This document shows, piece after piece, positions 25,019-39,165 of a stretch of DNA of 64,000 nucleotides. The notes beneath the pieces are model-generated. The model was not told where the DNA came from. It did not search any database and saw only the letters and a program-made list of their open reading frames with translations. The position numbers and the translations under genes were made by a program. Origin of the DNA: Syncephalis fuscata S228 (lineage: Eukaryota > Fungi > Zoopagomycota); NCBI GenBank assembly GCA_025786725.1, contig JAHLTZ010000057.1:1-64000 (forward strand), written 5' to 3'. Every line of letters begins with the position of its first letter. Position 1 is the first letter of the stretch.

Positions 25019-26258
25019 ATGAAATTAGTATACGCGTTGGGTCTTGGTGTCGGGATGGCGCTTGACTCGGTCAGAAAGAGGCGGCTTACGACTTCTGGTG
25101 CTGTTGCAGCGATGATAATTGGTATTGGAACGGCATTCAACCCGTCCAATATGTTTACTGCACTGCTATTTGGCTTCTTTCTTTCTTCGTCTCAATTGAC
25201 TAAGGTAGGTTACAGTGAAGACAATAACAGCCTGGCTTAAACGTATCGAATGTTAGTGGAGTGCTAAACGAAAAGCACGCGTCGAGGAACACGATATAAA
25301 AGAAGGTAGGCAGGCAGGCAGTTGTTTGTGATGTTTAGTCTAAACAAAAGTGTAAATGGCTATGTAGCAAAACAAGGACGCAATTATATTCAAGTGATCT
25401 GCAATAGTTTAACTGGCACAGCACTGGCTATATTTTATGCCTATCAACACTGGCATGAGTGGGATAAAGCACCAACGTTTGGTTATCATTCTATTGATAC
25501 CAAAATAATACTTGGATTTATTGGGTAAATAATTGGCTAGATGTAGAGTGCTAATAATGCTAATGGCTATGAATTACAGTTTTTATGCTTGTTGTTGCGG
25601 AGATACTGTAAGTGGCATTAAATGGTAGTAGTAGTAGTAGTAATAATAAATACTGATGGATATTATAGTGGGCCAGCGAATTGGGCGTGTTAAGTGAATC
25701 GGATCCACTATTAATTACTACGTTAAAACCAGTAAGTCAATTGACACACTAATTAGATATTTATATTCATTTACGCTTTATAATTTAGGTGCCAACTGGT
25801 ACGAATGGTGGCGTAAGTCTTATGGGACTGATTGCCTCATTTTCAGCTGGAAAGTTGATGGCTCTACTGGCTGGTGTTAGCTTGTACTTGGAAGGCTGTA
25901 CCACGATTCCATGGATGCGTCTTGTATTCTTTGGTGGCATGGCAGGACTGGGTGGATCACTGGTAGGTAGTAACAACAACAACAATAACAATCAGTAATG
26001 GCGTTTATTAATTCAATGTAGATTGATTCATTATTGGGAGCTACACCTCAACCATCCTATCGTACAAGTCGTAATGGGGTATCAGAGCATGCTGAACCTG
26101 GATCTAAGCACATCTCCGGTCTTGCTCTGCTAACTAATAATGAGGTAAGTATGGATCGCTGAATTGCGTTGCTACTAACTTTTAAATAGGTTAATTTCAT
26201 CTCTTCTTTATTAACCACGGCAATTACTTTTTCGTTCGGCCATTTAATATTTACTTGA
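25019..26258 (+). CDS. TMEM19/DUF92 integral membrane protein, multi-exon
   Basis: LTTSGAVAA, FFLSSSQLTK, GRNYIQVICN, CCGDT|WASELG, VPTGTNGGVSLMG, GSL|IDSLLGATPQ, LTNNE|VNF. Confidence 0.92.
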
Positions 26259-26749
26259 TTTGATTCATCAATAAATTAATAATATTCATTTATTGACCAT
26301 GTATTATATAACAAATAGTGTCTGTATCTTGCTTATGTTTAGTATTATGAATAGCTATATTATACATTTTGTTAATTATAATAAAGTAATTGCTCAACAG
26401 TATATATTATACCAAGCATTTATATAATTTCTTAATAACGATTATTGTATATAATTATTTGTCATAAAAACTATAGATACAGTGTATTATTGTGACACCA
26501 TCGGTTACTCATTTGTGCGGTTGCAAATGTCTGCTTCATAGAGCTTGCCGCAATTTAGTACATAGAACAAGACAATGAAACCACTTGCTGCGTGTTGTAG
26601 CAGAGTAAATACAAATAAGGCAATCCACAATGCTATTAACTTGATTTTCTGGCCATAAATACCCCGTGTCACGCCGTTGCAAGATCACACGGTGTGGATA
26701 TTATGGATTTTCCATGAACCGGATGCAAGGCTATTAGCAGACTACATAA

Positions 26750-27850
26750 ATGACACATGGATCAATTATGGCTAGGCATTCTTTGTATTTTATCCTCCAG
26801 TCTGTACTATTAGCATTCCTAATTAATTGTTGCACTTTATATCAAACATCTGCTGGATCAGATATGCCGGCCATTAGTCTTGCCGATATAGCAAACGCCG
26901 AGTGGACAAAAAATGCTACTACCTTTTGGGGCATTCTACTTCATCCGCTTGGAGAGATGAATATACTTGATTATTATATGCAGCCTGCTGGTAGTTTGAA
27001 TGAACAGCGAGGACGGCTATTTGGCAACCAGTTACAAACAATAATTGTTGTGCTAACGGGCAGTTTTGCCATACGCAATATGCTAATTGCTATTAAAATA
27101 ATCATACGGCAACCAAGATCATTAGTTTCATGGTGTTGTGCAATTCCTTCTCTTATAGGCATTTTAACTAGCTGCATATACATAATGGCCCAATTAGGAT
27201 GCTATTTTAATTGTCGTCACATTATCTGGTCAGTTACTACCGGTATATCCTTTGCAACCTTTGCAAATAGTCTTATATTGCTTCGGAAAGCCTATTTGGT
27301 CATAAATCGAAAAAAATGGGTGATTTATATTGGTCTACCATTTATGCTACTACAACATGCCAATACCGTACTTGTTGTGCTATATTGCTACTACACACTG
27401 GATCCAATAGTTGGCTGTGTTTTCAACTATCCACACTTTATAGTCTGGCATTGGTTTAGCGCTGTGGTTCCCCTTAATGTATTGTTTTCGGTTATTTTTA
27501 TCCGGGTTGCACTAAATCAATACCGACTATTTGGCTCGGATGCATGGAGAAGATTGGCGCGTGATGGTATTCAAACGATGTGTTTGACCGTACTATGCAA
27601 CATCGTTTCCTGTATTTTTATAGTGTTTGAAGTAGGCGGAGCTGGTTCCGATATATTTTTTTCTCTAGATTGGTAGGTACTAATTAGTGAATAAGTAGAA
27701 GTCTAAATGTAGATATTTAGGGTAATTGTCAGCACTATATTGATCAATCATTGTCAAAACATGCGAAAAAGCTTTGGTTATTCATATCGCCCCAAAACGC
27801 ATTTTATAGATAATATTTCGCAGATTGCCACAGCAAAGTCTTTAAATTAG
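26750..27850 (+). CDS. Lineage-type multi-pass (about 7 TM, GPCR-like) membrane protein with hydrophobic leader, 2 exons
   Basis: 308-aa ORF with several hydrophobic spans and extracellular Cys, plus a short second exon (27721-27850). Family assignment is by recollection only. Confidence 0.7.
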
Positions 27851-28464
27851 TATAGTATATTATTTTTATTTATATAAACCTGTAAAGCTTAACATTTAAT
27901 GAAATAAAGAGAATTAAAAAACTTTATCTTCTATTAGTAATAATAATAAACTGGCTATATAACTATTTTTTACGTAACCAAAAAATAGTACTTGGAGTAT
28001 AGCGTAAAAGCGTATAAATAGTAATTCTAAGTGTAGGAAAAATTAAATAATTACAATTAAATAATATAATAATAGCTTTAGAATTTAATTTTGTTTTAAT
28101 GCAATTAATGAAGTGGATAAATAAACTTTACATATAATAAAGCAAATTACCTGATATTTTGCCCAAGTATACATGTGACATATAGATAGCTATTGGCAAA
28201 GTATATTGTTATTGTATTGCATGATAATGCAATAGTTGCGATAGTACGCTAATAAATGTGCAAAAATAGCAGTTTTTAGTCATTTATGACTTGTATAAAC
28301 AAAATACAGCAAAATGATTGCCAGATTCTAGTTCTCCGTGCCTAGTTATAAAAATTGGTATAAGAATTAGAACAACGATTTTTGCAAAAAAATGTTAATT
28401 GAAAATGCAATTTACGTATGTTGGTTAATATTTACGTTATATGTAGATATATAGCATAAACTGC

Positions 28465-31214
28465 CAATGTGCATCGATATTTTTTTATAGTAAATTGCTA
28501 CCATGCTTGCCTTAACGCTGTTGATTGCTTTGGATTTACTTTATGCCAACTTTTGTCTTTAGTATTAAATTTCTAAAATCATAAAACTTAATTGTTTTTT
28601 ATTAACCAATTTACACGTAAATACTTTCATAGCGTTAATGAGGCATTTTACATTTGAAATTCAAACTGTATTTTGTCAGTATTTAAAACAGTTCAACTAA
28701 AAAATGGTGTTTTTTGCTGCAGCCATAGCTATTGGAAATAAAAATATATTTTACAATGAATGCGTATTAAAAGCATTGAATATTGTGCATTGGTGGTAAA
28801 ACGTTCATGCAACTATCCTGACTATACGCGAACAAGCAGATATCTGCATGATAGTCATAGCTAATCACAAGTAAGACATTACTGTAAACACAGTGTTTAT
28901 AGTCGATGGCAATTTTATGAATTAAAGAAAGCATTTAGACTGATATTCTAGCTATAAAAATAAACCAGCACTTTGAACAATGTCATAGCTGATTAAAAAT
29001 GAGACACTTGTGCAACTAAAATATTTATCAAAAGCAACAATTATCATTAGATGTATACTGCATCGACGACTATTGGCATTGCCAATACCATGTTGGAAAC
29101 TAATCATGGCTGTATAGTAACCAGCAACAATATCTCATAGCATGGTCCACCAATGATGCTGGTTATGCTTAATACACAACACCATTAATGCTAATAAAAT
29201 AGTCAATCTGAATGACGAATACACCGTTCATAACATGTGTAGCCATCAAGTTATCAGTGTATGTTATTGCACTATTGTACAGACATTGCAACTATATGTA
29301 ATAGCTACCGCCAATGTATTTACTAGTTGATAGACTATTAGCTATTATGTTAGCTGTCCAATATAGCTGACAAGCTGACAGCAAATACTAATCAAAAGTG
29401 TATCAATTATAACTAACAAATAGTTAAATTTAGCTTTTGTTAATATTTATTACTTGGCTATAATGCCTAATTAGTCTTGCTAATGCAATGGCTGGTTTAT
29501 TAATATTTATTAATAGCATACGACCATGTATTACAATATTGATACTAATTAACATACAATGACTATTGACACGTATTTGATTACAATGAATAGTAACAAT
29601 AATGCCAGCTATTGCATAGCTATACAAATAGTATTGATTGTTGTTACTATGTGTGCATTGATATACATGTTGATGGATGTATATTGTTGTATATTGTTTG
29701 AGTATATATATTTCTAATAAAGCAGCCAATATGTGCTACTTGTTAGCGCGTATTAGCATTGATCATCAGTAATGCCAACTGGCTGCTACCGGCAATATTG
29801 TAAGCGTACTAGGCAGCAATTGCTATACGCATGCTTATTACTGACCAATACTTGTGTTGCTTTTCTGTGTATCATTAGATGCGCATGTATAAGGATGTCA
29901 GTTGTCGGATATGGCATTTATATTGTGATATTGATAACAACGCTAGTAGTGACGACTAAACTAATGCAATTGACAATGTAATGCGCCAATAGTCGTTAGT
30001 GCGTACGAATATACGGCTATTGATTACAGCTAGCAAGCCATGCACTTTTGTTAAATATAGTTAGCGCGCATGTGCATTATGTCTAATGAAGCCAACTATA
30101 TCTACAGTTGCTGATGCTGTTAAAACAGTCATATATAAGTAAATAACAACTTACATATTAGCTGATTACAATAATATATCTGCTCACTCGAATGTATAGC
30201 AATGGTGTATCAACAGGCAAATATATACAGTTGGTGATTGTTGCTAGCAATACTGATATCAGCACTATGTTAATTGGCAAATCAGCCGGCATATTATGCA
30301 ACAAGCCGCACTAGACGCATACCAATTATTATGTATACTACTTTATTGGTATGTCGTATCATGGGCAGCGTGTTGCTATGTTGATTTTGATCGTGCTATT
30401 GTATCTATTTTTATCATAAGCATTAGCAAGCACAGCCACTTTCTTATAAATGCCTACTATTTAACATAACTTTAAACAAATAGCTTCTATAGCAACAATA
30501 ACAATATGGTATTCAGTAGCTTTGGTATGTCGTCTAGTTGCTTGAGCTGTATTACATTATCAACATATTGCAATTAGTTAAGAGCAATGTAACTATACTC
30601 GCGTTGGCTATTTGAACAACAATATCATTGCATTATATTACTTGCTTGTATTGTTTGCCTTAAATTCAGCACACCAATATTAAACAATTGATTAACAAAT
30701 ATTAGCGTGATTTGGCGATCGAGTACCTAATTTAACAGTATTTGTTCTATTGAACATGGGACTGGATGGCGAGTGACATCAATCAGAAAAATATCCATTA
30801 TTGTAGATTTATTATCCAGTATGTACATATTCTCTATTCACCTATATCATTCCTACTCTACTCACATTACTATATATCACTCTATAATATACCAAGTACA
30901 TTATATACATATTACAGGTTTCAAGTTATATAGCCTAATGAATAAGATGAGCGAAATTGACTAAACTTTATTAATAATAAAGATAGCGACAATCAAACAA
31001 CAGTATTGAGCAGCGAGTAATTAGTATACAATAAAATGTGTCTAGTGTATTTTAGAATGATATATAGTAGTATGGAATAAAATGATATATGATATAGGTA
31101 AATGGTGGATATATGTGTACTGAATAATAAATCTATGATGATGAGTATTTGATGCTTGATGTCACTCACCACCCATCATCACGTTCAATAGATTGGATGT
31201 TATTAAATTTAGTC
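28465..31214 (-). repeat. 2.75-kb non-coding segment, copy 1 (inverted relative to 51178-53926)
   Basis: End-to-end reverse-complement match with few SNPs. The ORF track repeats three identical spurious peptides on opposite strands. Confidence 0.97.
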
Positions 31215-31347
31215 ACTTGGTCACCAGACAAACAATATGATGATGTAATGATTAAATAAAACTTGTCACTTGTTTCCATGTTCAAAAGATTGGATATATA
31301 ATTTATAATAGATTATTCAAAAAAAATAATTCATACTTTTCAGTTTA

Positions 31348-32968
31348 TTATACTTGCTTAATTGACCAGGGCAGCAATAATAGTCCACCGTTAGATGAGT
31401 AAGTGTTATTAGCATTTCGCTCTGTTGTTTTAACATCTGATTTGGCTCGGTCATAGAGCCAGAGACCGTAAAATGTTAGTAGAATACCTATGGCCTGTAT
31501 ACTTGATACTGGTTGTTGGAACCATACCAAGGCGGCCATAATAACCACTACGCGTTTCATTAGTGATGCAATACTGTAGGATACAGCGGTACAGGTGGCT
31601 AGTACATTAATCGCTAATAATGCTTGACAAAAATGGGCGGTGGCATTTAAGAAAAAGTAGTAGCCAATAAGATAAATGGGTGTTTCATCGGCAATGCCTG
31701 TATAGACACGGCCGTTAATCTCGCCATGGCCAAATAGTAGTTGGGCCCCTTCGGCGTAGAACCATCCAGGTGATAGACATACAAATGCACTACAGGCTGA
31801 CCATATAAGCATATTTAACTTGTCCATACGTGGTTTAGAATTGGCCACATTATCGCCAGTGTCGCGGAACATAACCCGTTTGCTAAAAACGTTCTGCGCT
31901 ACATAGACCATACTTGATCCTAATGCGCACAATAGTCCTACAAACTGTAATTTTAGTTCAGACATACATGCCAGCATGACGCCCAATGTTAATGGTATTA
32001 ATGCCAAATAAACACGGGGTGAATAGCGTGCACCATACAATAGTCGATAAACGATAACTGTAAATAATGGCGATAGTGCCTATATAAATAAATAAACAAG
32101 TTTTATTAATATTATTAGTGTTATAGGTTACTGACATACCTTGACGGTGTGTACCGAACTGATAGGTACACGTGATGTTGCTACACTCGTAAGTACTTGA
32201 GATCCAATTTGAAACCCACACAGTGGCACGACAGTCTTTAGTAAGTCTATACTTGGACCTTGTAAACGTGACAGACCAAGGCCCTTGGCCGCAATAATGC
32301 CATAGACGGCAATAAATGCAAATTGAACCCAGCTTACAGTCACTGGATAATGGAATATATTAAGGAGCTGCTTGCCCACGTTGTTAGCAACAGCGGATGA
32401 AGCATACCATGCGAGACAAAGCATTATTAAATAAGCAGAGTCACCGCCTAAATGTTCTATCCATCGACGAGCCTGCGTCGACACATAGCCTACTAGAGGA
32501 TGTTGTACCAAATTCGACTTTTCTTCATGCGTATACATCCCGTAATCACGATAATCATTGGGCACTGTGGCATTATGGTGATTATAACTAGTAGTGGGAT
32601 AATTGAAAGTGGCAGTATTAGGAGATACAGATGGTATATTGTTAAGTACTGGACTGTGAGGCGTATACGGTGGTGGCGGGTCTTCCTGAAAAGCCAGCGG
32701 TGATGCCGACTCAATAAAACGCTTCTCAGTCAAGCTAAAAGCCGGTGCTGGTTGTCTTTCATCGTGTATTTGTTTATTTGTAATAGAGCTAGTTGCTACG
32801 GTAGCGCTATTATACGCAGCTGTCGAGCGAGATTGTAATCGCGACTGTGGTCCGGTAAACGGAAGTGCAGTGGCGGTAGCCGACTGTTCATATAGATACA
32901 TATACATTTAATATACAATATAGTGCGTCAATAACACTAATATTACGCTCATTGACACTACTTACCAT
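31348..32968 (-). CDS. Triose-phosphate/nucleotide-sugar transporter family (SLC35E1/Sly41-like), 3 coding exons
   Basis: LCLAWYASS..KQLLNIFHYPVTVSWVQF, SVHTVK|ALSPLFTV, QNVFSK, SYSIASLMKRVVVI. First coding exon is ATG alone (32966-32968). Confidence 0.9.
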
Positions 32969-33935
32969 CACAAACTCTGACAGTGGCAACCGTAATAATG
33001 ATGAAAGATTACGCCAAGTCACAAGCAACTCCAAACAATATACTATTAGTTTGCTGCAAAAAGAAAGGAAAGCAAAAAGAAAAGGAGAAATGCTATTGTT
33101 ATTGCTGCTGCTGTTTCTACTACCACTGTTGTTGAAGTGGACAAGACGATAAAGAGTTTAAGTTGAAGTGGGACAAGGATAGAAGACTATCATTGAGTGA
33201 TAATCACTCGGACTACTTTAGGGATCGTTGGGGGAGTCTAAACTTGGTATAGACCGTGTATGAGAAATAACTTGCATCCAACTGCATAATTACAATGGGC
33301 CTATATTTAGTAACAACAATATCGGTGCCATTTAATAAATTATTTGAAAATTATTTGTAAAACTAATTAGATACTAATTAGCTAGTAAAGTAATAAGTAA
33401 TGATTTAATAATTAAAAAGATTTAAAAAATCTAATAATGTGTACAACAATAATGTACATACCAACAAGTACTAATTGCCCGCAAATACCGAATTTGTTTA
33501 ACAATAAACGGCTTGCTATTCTGTCGTTATACATGACTAAAAATAACAAGTCCTGTTGATCAATTTATAGATAGTAAAACAGCAAGGAGCTATTTACCCA
33601 GGATACAGAATGTTGGAATTATCGTCATTGTGTTATCGCATGTTAAAACACCGCCGATGTGTTACCATCGATATTATGCTCATGATGTATTGAACCAAAC
33701 ACCACGGGAAGAATTGTTCATCCACTTACTAATCCACACATTTCATGTTTCCATACTGCACCCCTTGCGGTTTTTCTTCTTTTTAAGCAACATTTTTTGT
33801 TTTTGAAGAATTAGCTTATCACGCTTTTTACGAATATTTGATAATTGCAATTGTTTTTTCTATACAAACTTAATTTATTGCATTTGTTTGTATACTATTT
33901 GCGCAACATTTCAAAAATAGCATCGTATCGATATA

Positions 33936-35971
33936 ATGTCAAAATCGCCTACCAATGGTGCCACTACTAGTGGCGACAATAGCCATACTACCGATGTCGA
34001 TAGCAGTAGTATGAGTAGTAGCAGTAGTAACAGTAGCGATGGCATCGATTTAGCTATTAGTGCCAATGCTACTGAAGTAATACTACCTAGGGAAAGTACG
34101 CCTTTACCAACACGACAGCTTATTGTCATATGTTGTGCTCGTTTTGGTGAACCAGTTTCTTTTACCATGCTATTTCCATTTGTATATTTTGTAAGTAGTT
34201 ATATTAATGTCAATGTCAATCAAAACTAATTATGGTAACAACTTTTAATAATTTAATCAACTAGATGGTAAGATATTAATACTTTACTGAAAATAACAAC
34301 AGCGTACTAATAATCGCTAGATAAGAGACTTCATATGACCGATGACCAAAAGGAGATTGGTTACTATGTTGGCTTTCTAGCTTCATCATTTGCGGTTGCT
34401 CAATTCTTTAGCGGTAAGTTGCTGTTGTACATTTGTATTTAATAAGGGGTGGACTTGCAGATGGGTGCTTATGCATATTGAATAGGTCTCCCTTGGGGCT
34501 ACTTGTCCGACCAGATTGGCCGTCGTCCGGTTATTATGGCTGGCCTACTTGGGACTACAATATGCTCATTGTTATTTGGTCTAAGCACGTCGTTTGCTTG
34601 GGCCATAACAGTGCGTATTATGGCCGGTCTATTAAACGGCAATATCGGTGTTGTTAAAAGTATGGTGGGCGAAATTACTGATGCAACAAATCAAGGTAAA
34701 TAGCACTATGCGCAGGTATACAAAGACTAACTGTCCATTTAGCGCGTGCATTTAGTTTTTTGCCTATGGTCTATGGCATGGGATGTATTGTCGGACCAAC
34801 TATTGGCGGACTGCTTTCCTATCCAGCCGACAAGTATCCAGAGCTATTTGGCGATAGTGCTTTCCTACATAACTACCCATTCTTTTTGCCTTGTGCTATT
34901 TGTGCATGTTTCACATTCATTGGCTTTTTACTTACTTTGTTTTGCTTGGAAGAAACGCTAAATTCCGAAAAATATGCCGAAAAGACCGGTACACGTACTC
35001 GAAAACACTCTACCGCAGCAAGTCTGTGCCCATCAACCGATGCTGGCATAGCTAGTGAAATTAGCCCATTGCTTGGCACGTCTCCTACTCCAAACTATAC
35101 TGGCAATAGTGGCACAGGATTAATAAATTACAAGCCTATGATCCATGGTCTATCGAAAAATAACAGAAACACACCACGAACATTGGAAAGCAACAGTACT
35201 AACAACCACCATCCTAATGCAAGCAAGAAGTTTATTCCGAGTCAATGCTGGGCACCTATCGTTGCTGGCGGCGCCCTTGCGTTTCAATCAATTATATTTG
35301 ATGAAATATTTCCTATATGGGCTGCAACACCTATCATACTAGGTGGTCTTAATTTCTCATCCAACAACATTGGTGCTACGTTGTCAGCAGCTGGTGTATT
35401 CACGCTATTTGTCCAGTTATTCCTATTTCCCTCGCTAGAAAGACGGTTTGGTCCACACCGCTTGTTTTATTTGTCTATGTTTGCATACTCAGTTGTTTTG
35501 TTTATTTTCCCTTCGCTTTCACTACTTGTTGGTGTGTCATATGGTGAAATTGATCCACGTATATTGCTCTGGACATGTTTAATTCTATGTATGGGATGGC
35601 GTATTACATGCAGTGTTCTAAGCTTTACCTCATATAACTTATTGGTAAGTTGATGGCTAGTCTATGCGTACTAGTTATGCTAATTTATAGTTCAATAGAT
35701 CCTTGAATCGGCTCGCGGTACTGGCACGCTTGGTACGGTCAATGGAGCGGCTATGTGTGCCCAATCGTTGGCGCGTGCTATAGGACCCGCACTAGGTGGC
35801 ATTTTATGGAGTTGGTCTTTGCAGGCCAAATGTGACTATCCGTTTAATTACTCACTTACCTGGAACATCGCCGGGTGTGCCAGTCTTATCACAGCCATCT
35901 GGATGATGCGCACCATTCCAAAAAAACCAAATAACGCTGCTGAAACGGTATTTGATAGTAGTCGTGCTTAA
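33936..35971 (+). CDS. MFS transporter (DHA1/ZIFL-like), paralog 1
   Basis: TPLPTRQL, FPFVYF|M|IRDF, WGYLSDQIGRRPV (motif A), GLLNGNIGVVKSMVGEITD, GPTIGG, LGTVNG..ARAIGPALGG. Confidence 0.93.
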
Positions 35972-36569
35972 TTGGTTGTTTCCGTATCCAAACATATCAT
36001 TTACTATTCTTATTGCTCTATTATTACTGGTACCATGTTATTATTAATAACTATTTTAGTTTAGCTTATTAGATGTTTTATTTATTTGTGCTAAAGCTGT
36101 TAGATTAATTGTTCTTTTCATAATGTCATCATAATTTAGTGGCAATTCAATGTAATTTAGTGTTAAATGACCAAACTTATAACATTTGCGCAATTGAACT
36201 AAATATTTGCTTTATTAAGCATGGTATTGGATGATGAGTAGCATTAAATATTAAATTATAATGTTTTGATTTGCCATAAAGCGTCACTGAACAGATTTTC
36301 AGTATCATACAGTGTGATCTGCAATTGCAATCAATAGCAAAAAAAACAAAATGCATGCCAATAATTAGCGGTATATATCCAATATAGCATAAAAACAAGG
36401 TAGAAATGCGCTTATCGTGCCAAAGAAGCTGTCAACAGCAATGATTAAAGTGATGAAAATGATTTGTAACAAAAGGTCAAATTAAAGAAGAGTAGTGCAG
36501 GGAGGTGATGTAGAGATTGTTGATGCTTAACTGATAGCCAATCAACTACTGAGATTATCTAAATGGCAT

Positions 36570-36665
36570 ATACGGAATGTAGTAGTGTATGTTATAGAAT
36601 GATATATAATAGTATGGAATGATATATGCATACTGGATAACAATCTATAATGATGAGTATTTGAT
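36570..36665 (-). repeat. Fragment of the dispersed repeat module between the MFS paralogs
   Basis: tagaatgatatataatagtatggaat..tactggataacaatctataatgatgagtatttgatg matches 31050-31155. Confidence 0.7.
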
Positions 36666-37329
36666 GTTAATTTAAATGTGTAAATATTTATAAATACAGT
36701 CATTTAACTCCACATCACAGTTATTATTTAATAAACTCTTTAATAATGGCAAGTTTGCTTATTAAAAGAAAGACGTATACTTTGCTTCAATTAGTTGGAT
36801 ACAACGGGTATTTATATTAGTATTTAAAACACAGTATTCGAGATATAATTATGCCAAGAGTCCCCTAGTTACCGTTAAAGCATTTCCGCTTTTCAGCCTT
36901 TAAATGTATTCTTCACCAGCTCAATATACCTTTCTGGTATTGCGATGAGTGAACATTTTAAGCTTATTCACGACACTGAATTGTCTACACTTTTGATGTT
37001 CAGCAGTAACATCTCCAGACCGTGACCGCATCATATTGAGTCATTTGTCATTCACCGAAAAAACTTGTACAAAGTCCACCGTAACTGCTATGTTGTCCCA
37101 CCTTCTTGCATCCATTGAGACGGCATTAGCACCGCCACTTCTATGTTATCAGTTGGTGCTACATTATTGGTTAATAATAGCATGTTTTTCAAGATAATGA
37201 TTTTTTTACAAGTTCTATTATTAATGCTGTTTTCGGCTAAAATTATTGCCATATGTGAATGATGAAATACTCCTGAATCGCCGTCCTAAAAATTCCACGC
37301 TCTTTTTTCTATTTCATTAGTTTTACGAA

Positions 37330-39165
37330 ATGAGAAATATCGAGAATCAGCCAGAAGTTACGCCACTTCCACGTTTGCAACTCTTCATTATTTGCTGTGC
37401 AAGGTTTGGCGAACCAGTGGCACTAACTGTACTGTTTCCATTTGTGTATTTTGTAAGCTACAAGTGTAATAGCCAATAGTAAAATGTTGACTAATAGCGA
37501 CTATCATATATCCGTTTGCTACCCATCGTTGCTATTAGATGGTAAGTAATACAAGATTAACTAGATTAAGCTTATATTGTTGTAGGTAAAAGATTTCCAT
37601 TTATCAGACGATCCAAAAGAGACTGGCTATTATGTTGGGCTTTTAGCATCAGCCTTTAGCATTGCCCAATGTATCAGTGGTAAGTTGGCGTAGCTTTACT
37701 TATCATTAGCTTATTAGCGTTTATTAGGCATTCCCTGGGGCTGGCTATCTGATCGAATTGGTCGACGGCCGGTAGTGCTTGTTGGCCTGCTTACCACAAC
37801 GACTTGTACAATTGCCTTTGGATTTAGTAAATCGTATCACTGGGCATTAACTACCCGAGTGTTAGCAGGTCTTGGTAATGGCAATGTAGCCGTACTTAAA
37901 AGTATGGTAGCTGAAATATCAGACAAAACAAACCAAGGCAAGTATTACATTCATATTACAATGTATTATTGAAGCTAATGTAACGATATTCAGCCCGTGC
38001 CTTTAGCTTTATTCCTTTATCCTTTGTGATGGGCAGTATTTTTGGTCCGCTTATTGGTGGTATACTTGCAGATCCAGCACACCAGTATCCAGATACTATT
38101 GGTAAAATTCCTATATTACGTCAATATCCTTATTTATTACCCTGTATTGTTTGCGCAAGTATTGCTTTTGTTGGTTTTATAATGGCATTTTTATTTCTAG
38201 AAGAAACGCTTCATCTATCTAAAGAAGAACTGGTTGTAGCATCAAATAACAGTCACCAAGCTGTAAAACCCAACGAACAAAGTTCATTACTACGCACTGA
38301 ACAATCTGGACAAAGTATTAATTATTTATCTAATACAGTTGAAGATGGCTCATCGGAAGATTTACTACCAATACCAGCAATGCAATCCACTTTAATGCCA
38401 TTAAGAACAAATGATCACCAAAAAAACAAATTTATTATTCCAACTAATTGTTGGCCACCCATTCTATTTTACGCACTGCTCTCCTTCCAGTCTATCATTT
38501 GTGATGAGCTTACACCATTGTGGCTAGCCACGCCTATTATTGATGGTGGACTTGATTTTAACAGCTTCAAAATCGGTGCAGTACTATCGATTTGCGCGGT
38601 TGTTACCTTAACGACTCAGCTCCTTGGATTTGCTCCCTTACAATATCGACTTGGTTCATGGCGTCTATTCCGCTGGTCAATGCTACTTGCCGTCCCTGCG
38701 TTCCTGCTACTACCTTACACCAACTTACTGGTCCGTACTGACAACGATGACGAACACCAGCTATCCAGAATGCTCATGTGGCCGGCAGTACTGTTGGGTG
38801 TTGGTTGGCGATTGGGGCTTGGCGTTCTTTCGTTTACCAGCGTGAATCTCATTGTAATCGATGCCGCCCGACAGGCTCACACACTCGGAACGGTCAACGC
38901 GGTCGCACAATGTTCTAGCTATCTGATGCGTAGCATAGGGCCTATCATCTGTGGTACTCTCTGGAGTTGGTCTTTAACCAACGAACTGAACTGGCCTTTC
39001 GATACACGATTTGTGTGGCTGTTGCTGGGACTAGCATCGTTTCTCACGTATGTGGCCGCCGGTCGTTGGCTTGTGGCGGACACTGCTCCTTGCAATTTAA
39101 TTCGATGGGAAAATGATAATGCGCTGACGACAGCAAGTGAAGACACCGATGACGCAGACAATTAA
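37330..39165 (+). CDS. MFS transporter, paralog 2 (tandem duplicate)
   Basis: TPLPRLQL, FPFVYF|M|VKDF, WGWLSDRIGRRPV, GNVAVLKSMVAEISD. Same 5' intron positions as paralog 1. GC-AG intron at 37938-37993. Confidence 0.93.

Noticed and set aside
29430-30964. Three ORFs duplicated at 51427-52961
   Set aside because: Identity reflects the recent duplication. Composition is non-coding-like.
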